64,000 bases of DNA, taken from positions 736,001-800,000 of the forward strand of contig CBDAOB010000005.1 in assembly GCA_965197905.1 (NCBI GenBank), read 5' to 3'. How positions within the stretch are numbered: position 1 is the first letter of the stretch; each line of letters starts with the position of its first letter. This DNA is from Candidatus Latescibacterota bacterium. GTDB lineage: Bacteria > Latescibacterota > UBA2968 > UBA8231. The position numbers and the translations under genes were made by a program. A model generated the notes under the pieces. That model did not search any database. It was not told the origin of the DNA and saw only the letters and a program-made list of their open reading frames with translations. This document shows, one piece after another, positions 28,581 through 39,886 of the stretch.

Positions 28581-31535
28581 ATGCCGAGTGATTTCCTGAA
28601 ACAACGGTCAGAGAAGAGGCGGTGGCGTCTGCTATCCCTGCTCGCCCTGTGGGGGTTCGCCGCGCACGGCCAAGAACCAATCCTCGACGAGGTCTTCTCC
28701 GCACGGCCGTTCCTGCGTTGGAATCGCGCCCCGTACCAAAACTTCGCCTGGAGAACCTTCGAGAACTATCCCAACCATGAATCTCCCTACACCGATCAAC
28801 CGAGGGCGCACTACGACTCCTTCGGCAACCTCCTTATGACCGGGTACGATCTGTATAAGTGGGAGGAAATTCGCGCTCCAAGCTTGCATTTCGGCAGTGA
28901 CATATTCAAACACGTACCTGGCTCCTGGAACAGCGCCTTCGACTACATGGTGGCTACCAGCGGCGGTTACGGTAACTGGGGTTACCATCTCATCGTGGGA
29001 GACGGGCTGATTGCGCGTTTTACGCCGTTGACCCTCTACAAGGTGGACTTCAATGGAGTTCGCTTCGATCTGTCCACCCCCCATCTGAAACTCACCACGG
29101 TTGCGTCCCGCGCCGAACGACCGATGGACGACCATTTCGGAGGAACCGGAGGGGGCGAGCAGTTTCAGCGATGGCTGCACCGGGCCGATGATTCCACCCT
29201 GCTTCTTGGGGGTCGCGCGCAGAGTGGTCTAGGCGCCCTGACGCTGGGCCTGAATTGGGTGAACCATCATATCTACCAGACCACCCAGACCGGTAACAGC
29301 CTGAAAGGCAGACTGAAACCGGACCACCCGTTGATGGACTGGATCATCGTGCGCTTCAAGGATGATTCGCCGGCCGACGGCGTCGGTGGGGCGGCCGTGC
29401 AGGAGGTGCAACTGGTGGTTAACGGCGAGGTCCGTCCCGATCTGGTTCCGCGGGTGTTGAGCCACGAGGCCGATCCCACCATTCAGGTAGGGTTCACCTC
29501 TGCGCTCACCGGAGATTTCACCCCCGTGGGCTACAATTTTGCCAGCGCCGCCCCCGAGGCTTTTTACTACCGCAACCGCGATTATCCCCTCTTTGCCGAC
29601 TACCTCCTGCGGCTGGATCATGAGGATGGGATTGACGTGAGTGGCGAAGGCAATGTTCCCGGTCTTCTTTCCACCTTTGCGATAGAGTCGTCCCAGGACC
29701 AACTACGGGCGGACGGTGAGCGGGAGGTGGTCTTTTTGTTCGACTTGACGACCGAACCCGCAGTCGAGTCGGTGGCGGTGGAGGCGCTCCTGGGGAACGA
29801 CTACCATGTGGAGGTAGCAACGCTCTATGTCAAGTCCTCGTTCGCCAAATCCTACCCGGACCGGTTCTCGGCCAGCTATTACCAGGATCTGGCGCGTTCT
29901 CGGGGCAATGTCCGGGACCTGTCCAATCTCAAGCGCCGGCGCTTCGATATCGGGGAGAACACCGGACATTTCGTCTACAGCGCCGATCTAAACCTCGAGC
30001 TGCCAGGACTGGAGATCGCCGGCGAGTACGCGCGCTCCAGCGTCTATTCGCGCTATCCCGCCGAGGTCGACAACCACGCCGCCTTCGATGAGTCGCCGCG
30101 CTTCGCCGACCGCGGCTCCGCCTATTTTCTCAATGCCGTGCACAATTTCGAGCGCGGGCTGGTAGGCGGCGAGCTGTTCTCCATCAATCCGGGATTTTCC
30201 ACCGAGTTCCGTTCCTATATTCATACGGAAATTATGTTCTGGCGACACCATCTCAACGGTATGCGCAACGACTACATGTACTGGCAGACGGTGGACGACA
30301 ACGACGACGGGGATCGTTATCCCGACATCCGGCATGGGAATCTGGTGGGCGGGCTCATTGACCAGCAGAGTACCGACCTGAACGGCGTATTTCTGGATCA
30401 GGACGTGAACAAGGACGGGGTCCCGGACACCAACCGCGACCTGGATCGCATCCCCGACTACGAAGAGCCGTTTTTGATGTTCGACGTGGAGCCCAACGAA
30501 TACGTCTACGGCCTCGACCGCAACAACAACGACGAGCCCGACCGGCGGGAAGACGACGGGGAGGTGGACTATCCGTACGACTACGACGAGCGCGGCTTTC
30601 ACCTGTTCGGCCAATGGAACCTGACGCCACATTGGCGTCTAGCGGCGGGGCACTACTCCATCAAGGAGGTGGCGGGCGCAGGCCGTAGCCGTTCCACGTA
30701 TGGGCTGGTAGGTTACCGTCGACAGGGGTTGGGGTGGCTCAGGCGGATTTTCCTCGAGAACAACAGCCGCAGGGTGCAGGATGACATCGTCGACGAGTTC
30801 ATGGAGTTCGACGATGACGCTGGCGCCCGCGATACCCTGTTTGGTTCGCGCGGGGTGCAATATCTGCCCGACGCCCCGCTGGGCCAGGGCATCGTAAAGT
30901 TCCTCGCGGTTGACTTCAAACCGGATCTGCTGTTCTACCAGGAGAGCTTCGTGAACGAATCCTACCTGGAGGGTCGTGCCCAGCTCCGGTCGGGTCTGGA
31001 TCTAGTACAGCAGCTTCGTGTGCGCTTCAACTGGCAGCAGGGCGGAAAGCTGCGCCGCGGACCTTTCCAGCGCGATCGGCGCCTGGACTTCTGGACTTCA
31101 GTTACCCGCGTGCAGTACTCGTTTCAGTTCGGCCAGCTGCGCTTCACACCGCAATACAAGCTCTTGCTGCTTCGTTTGGAGGATCAGGAGCGCAACGTGC
31201 GGTTGCGGTCGGAGTTGCGCTCCATTCCCATTCTGCGGTTGGAATATGCCCTTTCGCCGAGGACGCTGCTGCGGGCGGGCGTGCAGGGTTTCGGGCCGCT
31301 GCCGTATCGGCGTCGAGACGACACCTCGGAAGGCAGGAGTTTCGAGCAACGCACGACCTTCTTCTCCCTTACCAACAGTTCTCCGTATTTTGGCTACGAA
31401 CTGGTGACCATCGCGGGCATTATCAGGGACCAGCAGAAGTTCGACAGCGGATTCAGGGACCACCGGAGCTTCGAAACTCTCGAGTTTTTTGTGCGCGCGC
31501 TGGTGGGCTTCACCGAATTCGGACGGCCGATATAG
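28581..31535 (+). CDS. Large secreted unknown protein, putative outer-membrane beta-barrel (copy 2)
   Basis: Signal peptide 'LLSLLALWGFAAHG', Asp-rich block and C-terminal 'FFVRALVGFTEFGRPI'. Confidence 0.8.
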   Translation: MPSDFLKQRSEKRRWRLLSLLALWGFAAHGQEPILDEVFSARPFLRWNRAPYQNFAWRTFENYPNHESPYTDQPRAHYDSFGNLLMTGYDLYKWEEIRAPSLHFGSDIFKHVPGSWNSAFDYMVATSGGYGNWGYHLIVGDGLIARFTPLTLYKVDFNGVRFDLSTPHLKLTTVASRAERPMDDHFGGTGGGEQFQRWLHRADDSTLLLGGRAQSGLGALTLGLNWVNHHIYQTTQTGNSLKGRLKPDHPLMDWIIVRFKDDSPADGVGGAAVQEVQLVVNGEVRPDLVPRVLSHEADPTIQVGFTSALTGDFTPVGYNFASAAPEAFYYRNRDYPLFADYLLRLDHEDGIDVSGEGNVPGLLSTFAIESSQDQLRADGEREVVFLFDLTTEPAVESVAVEALLGNDYHVEVATLYVKSSFAKSYPDRFSASYYQDLARSRGNVRDLSNLKRRRFDIGENTGHFVYSADLNLELPGLEIAGEYARSSVYSRYPAEVDNHAAFDESPRFADRGSAYFLNAVHNFERGLVGGELFSINPGFSTEFRSYIHTEIMFWRHHLNGMRNDYMYWQTVDDNDDGDRYPDIRHGNLVGGLIDQQSTDLNGVFLDQDVNKDGVPDTNRDLDRIPDYEEPFLMFDVEPNEYVYGLDRNNNDEPDRREDDGEVDYPYDYDERGFHLFGQWNLTPHWRLAAGHYSIKEVAGAGRSRSTYGLVGYRRQGLGWLRRIFLENNSRRVQDDIVDEFMEFDDDAGARDTLFGSRGVQYLPDAPLGQGIVKFLAVDFKPDLLFYQESFVNESYLEGRAQLRSGLDLVQQLRVRFNWQQGGKLRRGPFQRDRRLDFWTSVTRVQYSFQFGQLRFTPQYKLLLLRLEDQERNVRLRSELRSIPILRLEYALSPRTLLRAGVQGFGPLPYRRRDDTSEGRSFEQRTTFFSLTNSSPYFGYELVTIAGIIRDQQKFDSGFRDHRSFETLEFFVRALVGFTEFGRPI

Positions 31536-31539
31536 ATTC

Positions 31540-33501
31540 GTGAGCACACCTGGTTCATCACACCGTTCAGACCGGTGGGCGATCACCCCCCGCAGCCTGG
31601 TGATCGGCGCATTCTCAGCCCTGAGTATCGCGCTGATCCTGCCGTATACCATAAACGTGATCCACGGCTCGCGCATCGGTCTCAGCTCCTGCACGCCGGC
31701 CGCATTCATCCTCTTTTTCGTAGTGATGCTGACGGTGCAGGTGGTGCTCACCTTGCTGAAACGAAACTGGCATCTGCGCCCCGGGGAGCTCGTAGTCATC
31801 TTCAGTATGTTGGCGGTGGCGACGCACATTCCCAACCGCGGCGTATCGGGGAGGCTCGTGGTCGGGGTTACGGGGAGTAGCTTCTATGCCACCCCCGAAA
31901 ACAACTGGACCGAGCTCGTTGACGAGATACGGCCGGATTGGCTCGCGCTCAGCGATAACCGGGCGGTCCAGGATTTGTACCACGGCGGGGACGTCGACCG
32001 GATTCCCTGGCACCTGTGGCTGCCGGTTCTGTCGCGCTGGTTTGTCCTCATTATTGCCTACCACCTCATGCTGCTGAGCGCTTTGGTGATCCTGCGGCGA
32101 CAGTGGGTGGAGAACGAGCGCCTGGCGTTTCCCATGGCCCAGGTACCCCTGGCCATGGTACAGGACAACGGCAGCCCCAATTCGATCATCAAACCGTTCT
32201 TCAAGAATCCGGTCATGTGGGCCGGCTTCCTCTTCTGCTTTCTGATGAACAGCACCAACATTCTACACGACTATTTCCCCTGGATTCCCGCCTTCATGGG
32301 ACAGGCAACCTACATGATTTTTCGGGAACAGATCGAGATCCAACTTCGTATCAATTTTCTCATGTTGGGTTTTGCCTATTTCATCAATACCGGCGTTGCT
32401 TTCAGCATCTGGTTCTTCTACCTCCTCAAGCTCGCCCAGCAAGGTCTCTTAATGACGCTGGGCATAAATCCGTACCAAAGCATGGGTCCCTGGTGGGCGT
32501 CCGCCAGCGGCTCCATCTTCGGCCACCAGATGATGGGCGCCCTCATTGTCATGGTGCTCTTTGGTCTCTGGACCGCACGGTCTCACCTCAAGGATGTTTT
32601 GCGCAAGGCCTGGAACAGCGATGCACCGGTGGACGACTCGCGGGAAATCATGTCGTATCGGACTGCCGTACTCTGCTTCCTGAGCGGCGGGGCTGTCGTC
32701 TTCGTCTGGTTGTGGCAGTCGGGTTTCCCAGCCTGGATCGCGCCGATCTTCATCTTCGCCATCCTGGTGGTCATGATCGGACTGGCGCGGGTCATCGCCG
32801 AGACCGGTATACCTACCGTTACGCCCTCCATGGGGCCGGCCACCTTCGTAATGTCCAGTGTCGGCGCGACGGCTCTGGGCATGCAGGGTCTGGTGGCAGC
32901 GGGTTACACGCTGGTGTGGGCCGGCGGTTTTCTAACCTTCGTTACCGCGCCCATGGCCAACGCGCTACGCCTGGGGTCGGAGATCACCCGGCATCGACGG
33001 GCCTTGGTGATCGCCATCATGGCGGCTTCGGCGATTGCCATCGCGGCTGGTACCTGGTATTGGATCTATCTGGGCTATAATCACGGAGGTCTCAACCTCA
33101 ATGGCAGATACTACCAGGTCTACTCGCGGTCGGCGCCCCGCTTCGCCGAAGTCGCGATCGGTGGCGCCCCGGGGGTCAACCTGGTTGGGTGGATCTGGTC
33201 AGGAATCGGGGCAGCGGTCATGATCGGTCTGATGATCGCGCGCCACACCTTTGCCTGGTGGCCTTTCCATCCCGTCGGCTTCGCCATCAGCACCTCGTGG
33301 GTGTTGACCGCCACCTGGATGTCGACGCTGCTCGCCTGGCTGATCAAGCTAGGGGTGTTGAAGTACGGCGGACCTGCGCTCTACGAACGAACCAAGCCAT
33401 TTTTCATAGGGATTATTCTGGGCCAGTTCGTGGCGGCGGGGTTCTGGCTGCTGGTGGATGCCTTTACAGGTGTGAGAGGCAATCATATCAGGGTGTATTA
33501 G
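31540..33501 (+). CDS. Polytopic membrane protein, DUF6785/DUF6784-like (copy 2)
   Basis: GTG 4 nt after the copy-2 large-gene stop; 'ITPRSLVIG', 'RRQWVENERLAFPMAQVPL', 'WWPFHPVG', 'KPFFIG'. Confidence 0.85.
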   Translation: MSTPGSSHRSDRWAITPRSLVIGAFSALSIALILPYTINVIHGSRIGLSSCTPAAFILFFVVMLTVQVVLTLLKRNWHLRPGELVVIFSMLAVATHIPNRGVSGRLVVGVTGSSFYATPENNWTELVDEIRPDWLALSDNRAVQDLYHGGDVDRIPWHLWLPVLSRWFVLIIAYHLMLLSALVILRRQWVENERLAFPMAQVPLAMVQDNGSPNSIIKPFFKNPVMWAGFLFCFLMNSTNILHDYFPWIPAFMGQATYMIFREQIEIQLRINFLMLGFAYFINTGVAFSIWFFYLLKLAQQGLLMTLGINPYQSMGPWWASASGSIFGHQMMGALIVMVLFGLWTARSHLKDVLRKAWNSDAPVDDSREIMSYRTAVLCFLSGGAVVFVWLWQSGFPAWIAPIFIFAILVVMIGLARVIAETGIPTVTPSMGPATFVMSSVGATALGMQGLVAAGYTLVWAGGFLTFVTAPMANALRLGSEITRHRRALVIAIMAASAIAIAAGTWYWIYLGYNHGGLNLNGRYYQVYSRSAPRFAEVAIGGAPGVNLVGWIWSGIGAAVMIGLMIARHTFAWWPFHPVGFAISTSWVLTATWMSTLLAWLIKLGVLKYGGPALYERTKPFFIGIILGQFVAAGFWLLVDAFTGVRGNHIRVY

Positions 33502-33629
33502 CGGTTTGCTCTGCTGCGAACAGGGGCAACTTTGGTTTGACACGTTTCTTGTGCGGCTTTTGCCGATATGCGTCTCATCGAGAAGAGGTCCTAGTACCCT
33601 GCACGGCGGGATCGGCGCTCTTCCTCAAC

Positions 33630-33767
33630 AATGCCGCCGAGACCGTCGAGGTCCGTCAGTCTGTCGTTGTCCCACACGATTATCGCCGCAGGAATACTGC
33701 TCAGGTTTGCCAGCGCATTGTTCGCGATTACGAGACGATCACCCACCGAGCTGAGGTTGGAAAGACC
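33630..33767 (-). pseudogene. Short leucine-rich/receptor-L-domain-like remnant
   Basis: 'GLSNLSSVGDRLVIANNALANLS...IVWDNDRLTDLDGL' repeat pattern, with no evident start. Confidence 0.4.
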
Positions 33768-33894
33768 TCGGGGAGCTGTTTCGCCGCCAGCTAACGTCGA
33801 TTTGGTCTTAAGCCTGCTCGTCCAACTCTTGGAGAGCCTGTGCCGAAACAATAATGGGCATAGAGAGCTCGTCCATGGGCTCGCCCGATCGATT

Positions 33895-34603
33895 GGGCGT
33901 GCCTCTTTGTCGTCGTCGCGTGCAGGTTCCATGGCAATGTACTGGGCTACGCGGGGCCGCGTGTCCCAGTTGATGCCGGCCGTGTGCGGTAGGGCGGTGC
34001 GCCAGATGATCAGGTCGCCGGCGTTGGCCGCTACGCGTTGCGACGGATCGTTCCCCTCGTAAGTCCTGCTGCCCGGAGGCAGATGGTCGAGCCAGCTCTC
34101 CAGTTTCTTGTGAAATCCCGGTACGCAGCGAAAGGCTGTTCTTCGGGGGTATCGTTCAGGTAAAGGACACCTTGCACCCCGGAGCCCACAGGTCGGTCTC
34201 CCAGGTCTACGTCCCAGTGCAATCCATGCTCCTGCGCATCGGGATCGCGGCTAGGCGGATTGATGCTGGCACGGTCGTGGCTGACCCACAATTTTTCGCT
34301 GGCCAAAACCTGACTGAAAGCCAGGTGCACGCGCGGGGCCGTGCGGTTGTTCCACTGGGCCTGGTGGTGGTAGATCTCGATCATGCCGGTACCCTTACGC
34401 GCCGGGACCCCGGGGCCATCAGGTCCCGCTGGCCCTGGCGGCCGTTCCGCGTACCAGGTGTCGGGATCATCTGGATCCATTGCTACAAATGCCCACAAGG
34501 CGCGGGCGGTGTCTTCGGCCTGCTCGCGGGAGATTACCTGGCGGGCAATGACATAGCCATTTTCGTCGAAGAATTCCAGATCTTTCGTAGTCAGAACGGA
34601 CAT
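33895..34603 (-). pseudogene. PhyH family dioxygenase, frameshifted near 34135; 3' end uncertain
   Basis: 'LHWD...VQGVLYLNDTPEEQ' continues in another frame as 'AFRCVPGFH...AGDLIIWRTALPH...RPRVAQYIAM'. Confidence 0.75.
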
Positions 34604-34645
34604 GGGCGGTGCCCTCCGGTTATGCGACTTTTTCCAACATACAGA

Positions 34646-34675
34646 ATAATAACCTAAGCGCTTCTTGAGAGACAA
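34646..34675 (-). promoter_or_regulatory. Putative sigma70-type promoter TTGTCT-N18-TATTAT
   Basis: Matches 27270..27299; lies about 40 nt upstream of ATG 34603. Confidence 0.5.
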
Positions 34676-34741
34676 TCTCGGCAAATAGCGTCTGGTCTAT
34701 CGCCACTGCGGCCACCTGCGTCGGCGTGAAACATCACTCTC

Positions 34742-37724
34742 CTAAAGCAGCAAGTTCGAGAGATCGGGGAACCCCACCAGGGTCCGCACGAGAACGGAAA
34801 AGGTATCGAAGTTGCCCCCCGATCTCGCCGCGGAATCGAATTCCTTGGCGTCCCGAATCAGTCCGACAACGGTGTAGAGTTCGTATCCGAAGTACCGCGA
34901 TCGGTTGGTCAGAGATGCGATCGCGGTTCGGCGCCTGAAGCTGTCCAGGCCGCGCTGTCGGTTGTCGAAACGATACGGAAGAGGACCCCCACCCCTGTAT
35001 TCCCAGGCGCGCGGTGGTGCGAGCCATGAGCGGCATCTCGAACAGCAGGATGGGCAAGGTCTCGTACTCGAAGCGAATGGTCCGGTCTTGTTCGCGATCG
35101 ACGAAACGGATCATCTGAAACTTGAACTTCGGCCGTATGCTGAGCTTTCCCAAGTTCCAAGTGTAATCCAGGCGGTTAACGAAGGTCGAGTGGTCGAGGC
35201 GGCGTTCGCGCCCGATAAACCCTCCAGATAAACGCCCCCCCTTCTGCCAGTTCACCCGCAGGCGGAGCTTTTGCACCAGATTGAGAGTCGACCAGGGCTG
35301 CAGCCAGTTTTCGAGATAGGCCTCGTTGACATAGCTGTTTTCGTAGAGCAACTGATCCTCGCGGGGGCGGCTGTGGAACGAGCGATTGCCCCTATAGGCG
35401 GAGTGTACATAGAACCGGTACTCCCCCGTAAACCGTCGGTTTTCCGCGAAGATATTGTATTCGTCAGGGATGTTGTCTCGCACGCGGCGAAAGCTGTTTT
35501 CGAAGAACAGCCGCCGCACGCGGTCGAGGCCCTCGCGGCGATAGGTGAGCAGGGTGTAGGTGGTAAGGTTCGCGCCGCTGCCGGCCATCTGCTCGACATC
35601 ATGGCGCCCCAGAGCCAGCGTCCAACGTTGGCTCAGATTGGCCTGGGCAAAAACGTGATAGCCGCGCTGGTCCGCGTCGTAGGGGTGGTCCGGGTCCCAA
35701 TCGTCCTCCCGCTGATCGGGCTCGTCGTTGTTGTTGCGGTCGAGTCCATAGGTGTAGTCGTTGGGTTCCACTTCGTACATCAGGAAAGGCTCCAGGTAAT
35801 CCGGTAACGCATCGCCGTTGCGATTGATATCGGGATAGCCGTCGTTATCTGAGTCTTGAGAGATGTAGACGCCGTCCGGATCTATTCCGCAAGGGGGGTT
35901 ACAATCATTGATGTACCAGGTCCCGGTGGTCCATCCGGTGCGCTTGTCCGGGAATCTGTCGCCGTCCTCGTTGTCCTGCACCAGGTCCCAGTAGATGGTT
36001 TCATTGGAAATGCCCTTGATCGTGCTGCGGTGATCCGAAACACCCCCCTCGCGCGCTACGAAGCTGCGCATGGTGGTGGTGAACTCGGGATTCATGGCGA
36101 AGTACTCGCCGCCGAATCGCCAATTCCCTGTCCAGCGCGTGGCGTTGATGAAGTAGGCAGAGCCCCGGTCGGCAAAGCGTGGGCTTTCATCGAAGCTGGG
36201 AAGATTCGCGGTTTCGGCCGGAAAACGTCGGTACACGCTGGAGCGCGCGTACTCGCCATTCAACTCCAGGCCGACAACCTGCAGATTCAGATCGGCGCTG
36301 TAGGTGAATATGGCCGTGTCCTCACCGATCCGAAACCGCACTCGCTTCAGATTGGACAGGTCCTGAACATTGTCGCGGGCTCGCAACACCGTGCGGTAGA
36401 ATTCGCTCTTGAAGCGCTCCTCATATCCTTTGCCGCGAATATTAGCCTCCCGCAGGTTGGCCACCTCCACCCGGTAGTCGTTTGCCAGCATCGCCTCCAC
36501 CTCGACGGATTCCAGGTAGGGTTCCTGCGAAATATCGAAGAGGTAGACAAGCTGCTCGTCGCCATCAGCACGCTGAAGCTCCGCGGCAGATTCTACCGTG
36601 AACGTGGAAAGCAGGCGGCTGAGGTTGGTCTGACGGCTCACGTCCACTCCTGCTTCGTGGTCGTGGCGGTAGAGATAATCGGCGTAGAGGGGGATCTCGT
36701 CGCGGCCCCGGTAAAATGTTGTGTAGCCCGGGGTATGAGTGAAGTGGGGATAGGGGAGAAACCTGCCCGTAATCACGGAATAGGTACCGACCTGGGTAGT
36801 GGCGTTAGCACGGTGTCGGATCACCTGTGGCACGAGGTTCCGTCGCGGCTCGCCGTTGACGATCAGCAGGATATCCTGGATCACCGCGCCGCCGCGGCCA
36901 TCCCGGGGGGAATCGTCCGCAAAGCGGACAACGATCCAGTCGACCAGAGGGTGACCGGGTCGCAATATGCCCTTGATGCTGTTGTCGGGTCGCCCACTAT
37001 CGTATACGTGGAGATTGGCGAGATTCAAACCGAGGCTGGCGTTGCCGATATCGGTCTGCAGGCGGCCACCCAGAAGTAGGGAGGAGTCCGCGGCGTACAT
37101 GGTCGGTCCGATATGAAATGGAGTTTTGCGAACATAGTCGAACCCGCGGGGTGCGTAGGGGCGTTGAATGCGACTCGCCAGGGTCGTCAGTTTGAGGTGT
37201 GGGGTCGCAAGATCGAAACGAAAGCCGCTGAAATCGACCAGCGACAGCGTAAGGGGCGTGAAACGTGCCGTGAGTACGTCTCCCACGGTGGCACTGTAGT
37301 TCCAATCGCCATAGCCATCGCGAGCGATAGCTATGTAGGCGAAGGCCTCGGTCCAGGTGCCCTCATTCTTGGATATGGAGCTGCCCCACTGGAGTTCCGG
37401 TTGGCGCCGCTCATACCAGGTGAAGAGATCGTAGCCGGTAACCACATGGTCGCCGAACACGTCGTAGATCGCTCGCGGGTAGAAGTTCTCGACGAGGCCA
37501 GGTTGCTCCGCCTGCGGGAAGTTGGTTTGCAGATAGTTGCTGTAGGTGTCGAATGCGTAGTTTTGGTAGGACGGCACCGGCCGCCGCAGCAGCCAATTGG
37601 TGGGATAGGATTCGGCAAGGGTTACGCGCGATTCTTCGCCGTAGCCAACACCGGTTCCAATGCTGGCCAAAACCACCAGAAGGAAATTTCGCGGGATGCT
37701 GCCGAATCGACATGTCATCGTCAC
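34742..37724 (-). CDS. Large secreted unknown protein, putative beta-barrel (copy 3), with a +1 frameshift in a G5 run at 34986-34990
   Basis: Removing one G restores 'QGWGPLPYRF...TNRSRYFGYELYTVVG...LVRTLVGFPDLSNLLL*' (TAG 34744-34742), matching the paralogs. Confidence 0.8.
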
Positions 37725-37884
37725 CAGTCCCTTTTTCTGGCACGGCGATTCCTTATGTCACTTCATAGGTTTCGCTTGGCTGACATCAATAAAAACAGAT
37801 AGACTCTCGAGCACAAAGAGCTCACCCAAAATGCCCCTCAAATGATTCCGGGCCGGTTACGCGCTCCTAACCAGGACAGGTAGA

Positions 37885-39857
37885 ATGGTGTCAGACCCAG
37901 TTCCCGGGGAACATTCACCTGCAGACGGAGCGCATACTCGACGCACGTGGGAAGAGCAGGAAGAGTCTGGTCCCACCATTACCCTCCGAGCTGTACTGCT
38001 GGGTATAGTCTCCTTCTGGGCAGTGGTGCATCTATTGTTTCTTTCGGTGAGCTCACAGCTCCCGTTGATGGTCCTCATTTCCTTCGTCTTCTGGCTCTTC
38101 TTCAACTCCCTGCTCAGAACCTTCGTCCCGCGGCTGGCGCTACGCAGGGGCGAGCTACTGACGATTTTTACCACGGATGGGTAGTGGGCACGGTACCCCT
38201 CAATGGCTGGATGTGGGACATTGTAGCGATGCTGCCGCTCCCGACTCACGGTGCCGGACCTGAAAACCAGTGGGTCGAGGTCCTATTCGACATGTTGCCC
38301 TGGCACGTGTTCACCAGCACCGAGCCGAGGGTTATAAACGGTTACTGGTACGGGCTTGATCAGGGCGAGACGGTACCGTGGGGGGGATGGGTTGGCGCCA
38401 TTGGTCACTGGTTCGGCGTCTCCATGGGAATGATGGTATTCGGATTCTGCATCTTCGTGCTCTTTCACCGCCACTGGGTCGAAGGGGAAAAGCTGACCTT
38501 TCCTCTGGCTCAGATGCCGCTCGATCTCACACTCGGCTGCGAAGGTCCAGGACGCGTTCCCCGCTTGTTCAAATCGTGGCTATTCTGGGTGGGAGTCGCC
38601 GCGGTTTTCTTGCCAGCCGCCTACAATTCCGCCGGTTATTTCCTGCCCGGATTGCCCAAGACGAAAATCTTCTTCGACGCGTATTCCGTCGAACTGGGCG
38701 AGCACATTGGTGTCTCGATTCGCTTGTTGCCCCTTGCTCTCGCCGTCGCCTATCTGTGCCCGCTGGATATACTGGCCAGCTTGATTGTTTTCTACTGGCT
38801 GACCCTGCCCAAGGAGTGGATGATGAGCCGGACCGGTTTGACGGTCGGCTCCGAAGGCAACCAGCTGGGCGCCAGGGATATTCTTCAGATGGAAGGCTAC
38901 GGGGCCCTCATCTTTGTCGCCCTCTGGTCCATCTGGTTGGCACGGAGGCACCTTCGTGGCATCTGGCGACAAGCATTCTCCAGGGAAGGGGACCCGAGCG
39001 ACACGAGGCAGTACCGTTGGGCGCTCTTCGGGCTGTTGGTTTCGGGACTCTATGTCACGGGCTGGATCATGGCACTTGGGGCAAGCCTGCTCCTGGCAGC
39101 GGGGTTGTTGCTGTTGTTTACCCTAGCCCACTTCGTCACGGTCAAGCTGATGGCGGCTACCGGATTTGCATATCTCATCCCGAACCATCCCCATCTCAAG
39201 GGAGAGTCCTTCATTCTCCACCTGGTGGGCACAGAACATCTGTCGCCGCGCTCGGTGGTAGGCCTCAAGCTCATCACTGGCAATGTGTTCATGGGCTCTG
39301 CCGGGCGGATTCCGGGCTGGCCGGCAATCGTACACCACCTGCGCATCTTCTCCATCCGCCGGCAGCCCGTGTGGGTTCCGGCCTCATTGCTTGTCGCCTT
39401 TGCCTGCGGCTTTCTCGCTATTGCCGGGACCACCATAGACTGGGCGTACGGTAGGGCGACCCAGGGCATGGGCGGAAACGACCGAACCCTCGACCAGATG
39501 GTGCGCCTGATCCACCAGCCCACCGTGGCGGCGGCGGGCAAGTGGGCCGTATGGCTAACCGGCTTCTTCGAAGCTGCGGGAATCGCCTGGCTGCGGATGC
39601 GCTTTCACTGGTTTCCCTTTCATCCGGTGGGATTGGCGTTTCAGTACACGGTGGGTGCGCGGTTCTACTGGTTCAGCCTGCTGGTGGTGTGGATAGTAAA
39701 GTACGGCCTGCTGCGCTACGGCGGCGTTCGACTCTACGCGGCTGGAAAGCCGTTGTTCTACGGCCTCGTTGTAGGTTACGTGATCGGGGTCATCCTGGCC
39801 CGGGGTGTGGATCGAATATGGTTTCCTGCGGAGTCGCACTGGCTCCACAGGTGGTAA
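37885..39857 (+). CDS. Polytopic membrane protein, DUF6785/DUF6784-like (copy 3), with a -1 frameshift near 38175
   Basis: 37885..38184 and 37947..39857 join as 'ELLTIFTT-GWVVGT' if one G is added; close paralog of copy 1. Confidence 0.8.
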
Positions 39858-39886
39858 GGGGACGCTCCGATGGTTCTGACATGGTC

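Noticed and set aside
37738..37753. Sigma54-like TGGCAC-N5-TTCC
   Set aside because: The -12 GC dinucleotide is missing (TTCC, not TTGC).
16010..37821. CACAAAGAGC shared by the two divergent intergenic regions
   Set aside because: Only 10 nt, non-palindromic, and its orientation relative to the gene types is inconsistent.
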